Source of the DNA: Torpedo marmorata
Lineage: Eukaryota
Direction: 5' to 3'
DNA length: 64,000 bases
Assembly (NCBI GenBank): GCA_977017645.1
Contig: OZ360242.1
Location: 16,368,001 to 16,432,000 of the forward strand
Shown here: piece after piece, positions 62,075-64,000 of the stretch
How positions within the stretch are numbered: position 1 is the stretch's first letter
How the letters are laid out: each line of letters starts with the position of its first letter
The notes under the pieces: generated by a model
The model's database searches: none
What the model saw: the letters and a program-made list of their open reading frames with translations, nothing else
What the model was told of the DNA's origin: nothing
Position numbers and translations under genes: made by a program

Positions 62075-62875
62075 GATGGATGGCGGCGCTGCCAGAGCTG
62101 CAGCAACAAACCCACGGGGAGCGAAATTTCAGCGCTCTCCCGTGTGGTCCAGCCGCCCAGTCCAACTGCGCTTGCTTCGTACAGGCTTTAAACGGCCTTT
62201 TAAAGGAGCTGGCAGTGGTTTATTTTCAAAATCCCACGAACGCGGGGACTGCCCAAAGATGGCGTCGCCTATGATCGGCAGCGGCCACGAGGGGTTGCGG
62301 ACTCCGGGGAAGCAGAGGACTGAAAACAGGAAAAAAGAACACCAGAAACTGCGCCCCCCCCCCCCCCATTTGGGAAGAAGCAGGGTTGACAACCCACGGG
62401 ACTGTGACGGCGGACTAGTGAGGGACTGAGGCTGAAGAACACACAGGCGGCAGGCTGTTGGTGATTCGAGACAAGGTACCCACGTAGGATGCGGGCTGCT
62501 GGTGACTGCAGTCAAAGGACTCACGCCAGGCTGCGGGCTGCTGGAGACTGGCTCAAGACTGGCTGAAGGGTACCAGGTATTGGAACCGGGATGTGAGAGG
62601 GTGCTGGAGGCTTCCTGATCATGTTGGAGGTGTGTATCTGGAGCTCCGGTTGCTGATGGTTCGGACTGAAGGCTGCAGGAGCTCTGGAGCTGAAGCCATG
62701 ACTCTTTGGGGTGGGGGGGGGAAGACTCTCTTTTGCTTGTCTTTCTCTGGCTGGAAGGGTCGCTGGGTAATTTTTGCTGATAGCGAATCTTTGTCTTCCT
62801 TACGGTAGACTAAAGGAAATTTCGTGTAATATCACATTTTCTGTTTTATTACATGACAAAATAATCTTGAATTGT
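62075..62875 (+). mobile_element. Non-coding, non-autonomous retroposon-like repeat (related to 27100-27197 + 31961-32737, minus strand)
   Basis: Both start GATGGCGGC..CCAGAGCTGC and end ATTACATGACAA..TCTTGA; no coding motifs. Confidence 0.5.
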
Positions 62876-62948
62876 AAGGAATGGTTTCAGTGTCATGTGA
62901 TACTGAAAATGTTATTAATTCAAATTCTGTTTCAAAACTTTAGAACTA

Positions 62949-63166
62949 CAGTAAAACCCTTGGTATCTGGCACATGGGGATTGGTAGATGCTGGATAAGT
63001 GTATTTGCCGGTTGCTTGAGATTGCATGTTGCGTGATTGGCGAACTAACTGCAAGGTGCGCCAATTTTAAACTTCTGTATTTTTGCCTATTTCTGCGTGT
63101 TTTTTTTTATTGCCGGTCGTTTGAGGCTACTGGTTGCTTGAATTTCAGATAACCAGGATTTTACTG
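62949..63166. mobile_element. Tc1/mariner (Tigger-like) MITE
   Basis: TIRs CAGTAAAACCCTTGGTATCTG and CAGATAACCAGGATTTTACTG; TA flanks. Confidence 0.75.
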
Positions 63167-63932
63167 TATATACAGTACTCAAGTAATATTTGATCCTGTG
63201 TAAAAGTCGATTTTCCGTCCCCATTTTTTTTGGCCCAAAAATCGCGTATTTTCTGTATATCCCGTGTAAAAGTCGCCCGCCCATCCGAGCTCTCGACACC
63301 CTGGCTGCGGATCTTCGCCTTGTCCGCCCGCCCATCCGAGCTCCCGATGCCTTGAATGGCGCACGTACTTAGAAAATTTTCAAAACCTGAGATGGAAACC
63401 TGTACGAAAAGCTTTTATTTTTAGTCTTTAGAAGTATTTTTAAATCTGGATATCTTGACAAGATAATGACTATAATATTCCTTTTTTTTTTCTTCACCTG
63501 AGACGAAGGGCCCAGGCCCAAATCATTGTTTACTCCTTACTTCCTAAAGATGGTGTGTGACTTGCTGAATTTCTCCAGCATTTTTGTGTATTGCACTTGA
63601 TTCCAGCATCTGCAGGCTTTCTTGTTTAACACCTTTTTTTAAAAAAAAGGTTGAATAACTTTTCACATTAATGCTTTTTATCAATATTGCAAATGTCTTT
63701 TGGTTTAACTTTATTATGTTGGTAGTCTTATAAATTTGCATGCATTTAAATGTCATTCATTCTTTGTTTTAGATGTGGTTTTGATTTGAGTGATATTGGA
63801 ACTTTCAAATATAAATGTATAACACATCATTTCACAAAAATTAAATGTTAAATTATTTTCCAGTAAATTTGAAGACCAAAATTACCTGGCTATGTATGTA
63901 AGAATTCTAGTTCAGTAAGAAGTTAATTACTA

Positions 63933-64000
63933 CCGTATATTTCGGCGTATAAGTCGACCCTTGAAACCCTCAAAAATGTCTCAAAAAAAGGGGGTCGACT
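63933..64000 (+). mobile_element. Start of a Tc1/mariner-type element (runs off window)
   Basis: TA-CCGTATATTTCGGCGTATAAGTCG terminus; related degenerate sequence at about 63173-63400. Confidence 0.5.

Noticed and set aside
42859-64000. ZNF598 exon 4
   Set aside because: No matching coding segment recognised; it probably lies beyond the window, though a manual read could miss it.

Overview
Eukaryotic, repeat-dense genomic DNA, most likely from a cartilaginous fish (inferred from V-SINE/HE1-like SINEs and abundant CR1, Rex1/Babar, L1 and Penelope-like repeats; not proven). The only host gene is the 5' end of ZNF598 on the + strand (CpG-island promoter, coding exons 1-3 at 38792-42858); intron 3 runs past the window end. 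The rest is mostly transposable elements. These include two young, single-ORF Ty3/Gypsy (Mag-like) LTR elements with intact LTRs and TSDs (3434-7879, 27198-31955), a Gmr1-like Gypsy fragment, a deleted CsRn1-like Gypsy, solo LTRs, hAT and Tc1/mariner MITEs and a Harbinger Myb/SANT fragment. A full-length L1 in ZNF598 intron 3 is itself interrupted by an 8.2 kb endogenous retrovirus (50912-59102). Most interesting: (1) both Mag-like elements lack a tRNA primer-binding site and instead have a leader complementary to their own LTR poly(A)-signal region, with compensatory sequence changes between the two elements (candidate self-priming or poly(A)-occlusion structure); (2) both carry dense YY1/ETS(/CRE) motif clusters inside the gag-protease linker coding sequence; (3) the ERV has a CNPase-like 2H-phosphoesterase domain between protease and RT, a TAA gag-pol junction and a non-gamma-type env. 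All alignments and counts were made by eye.
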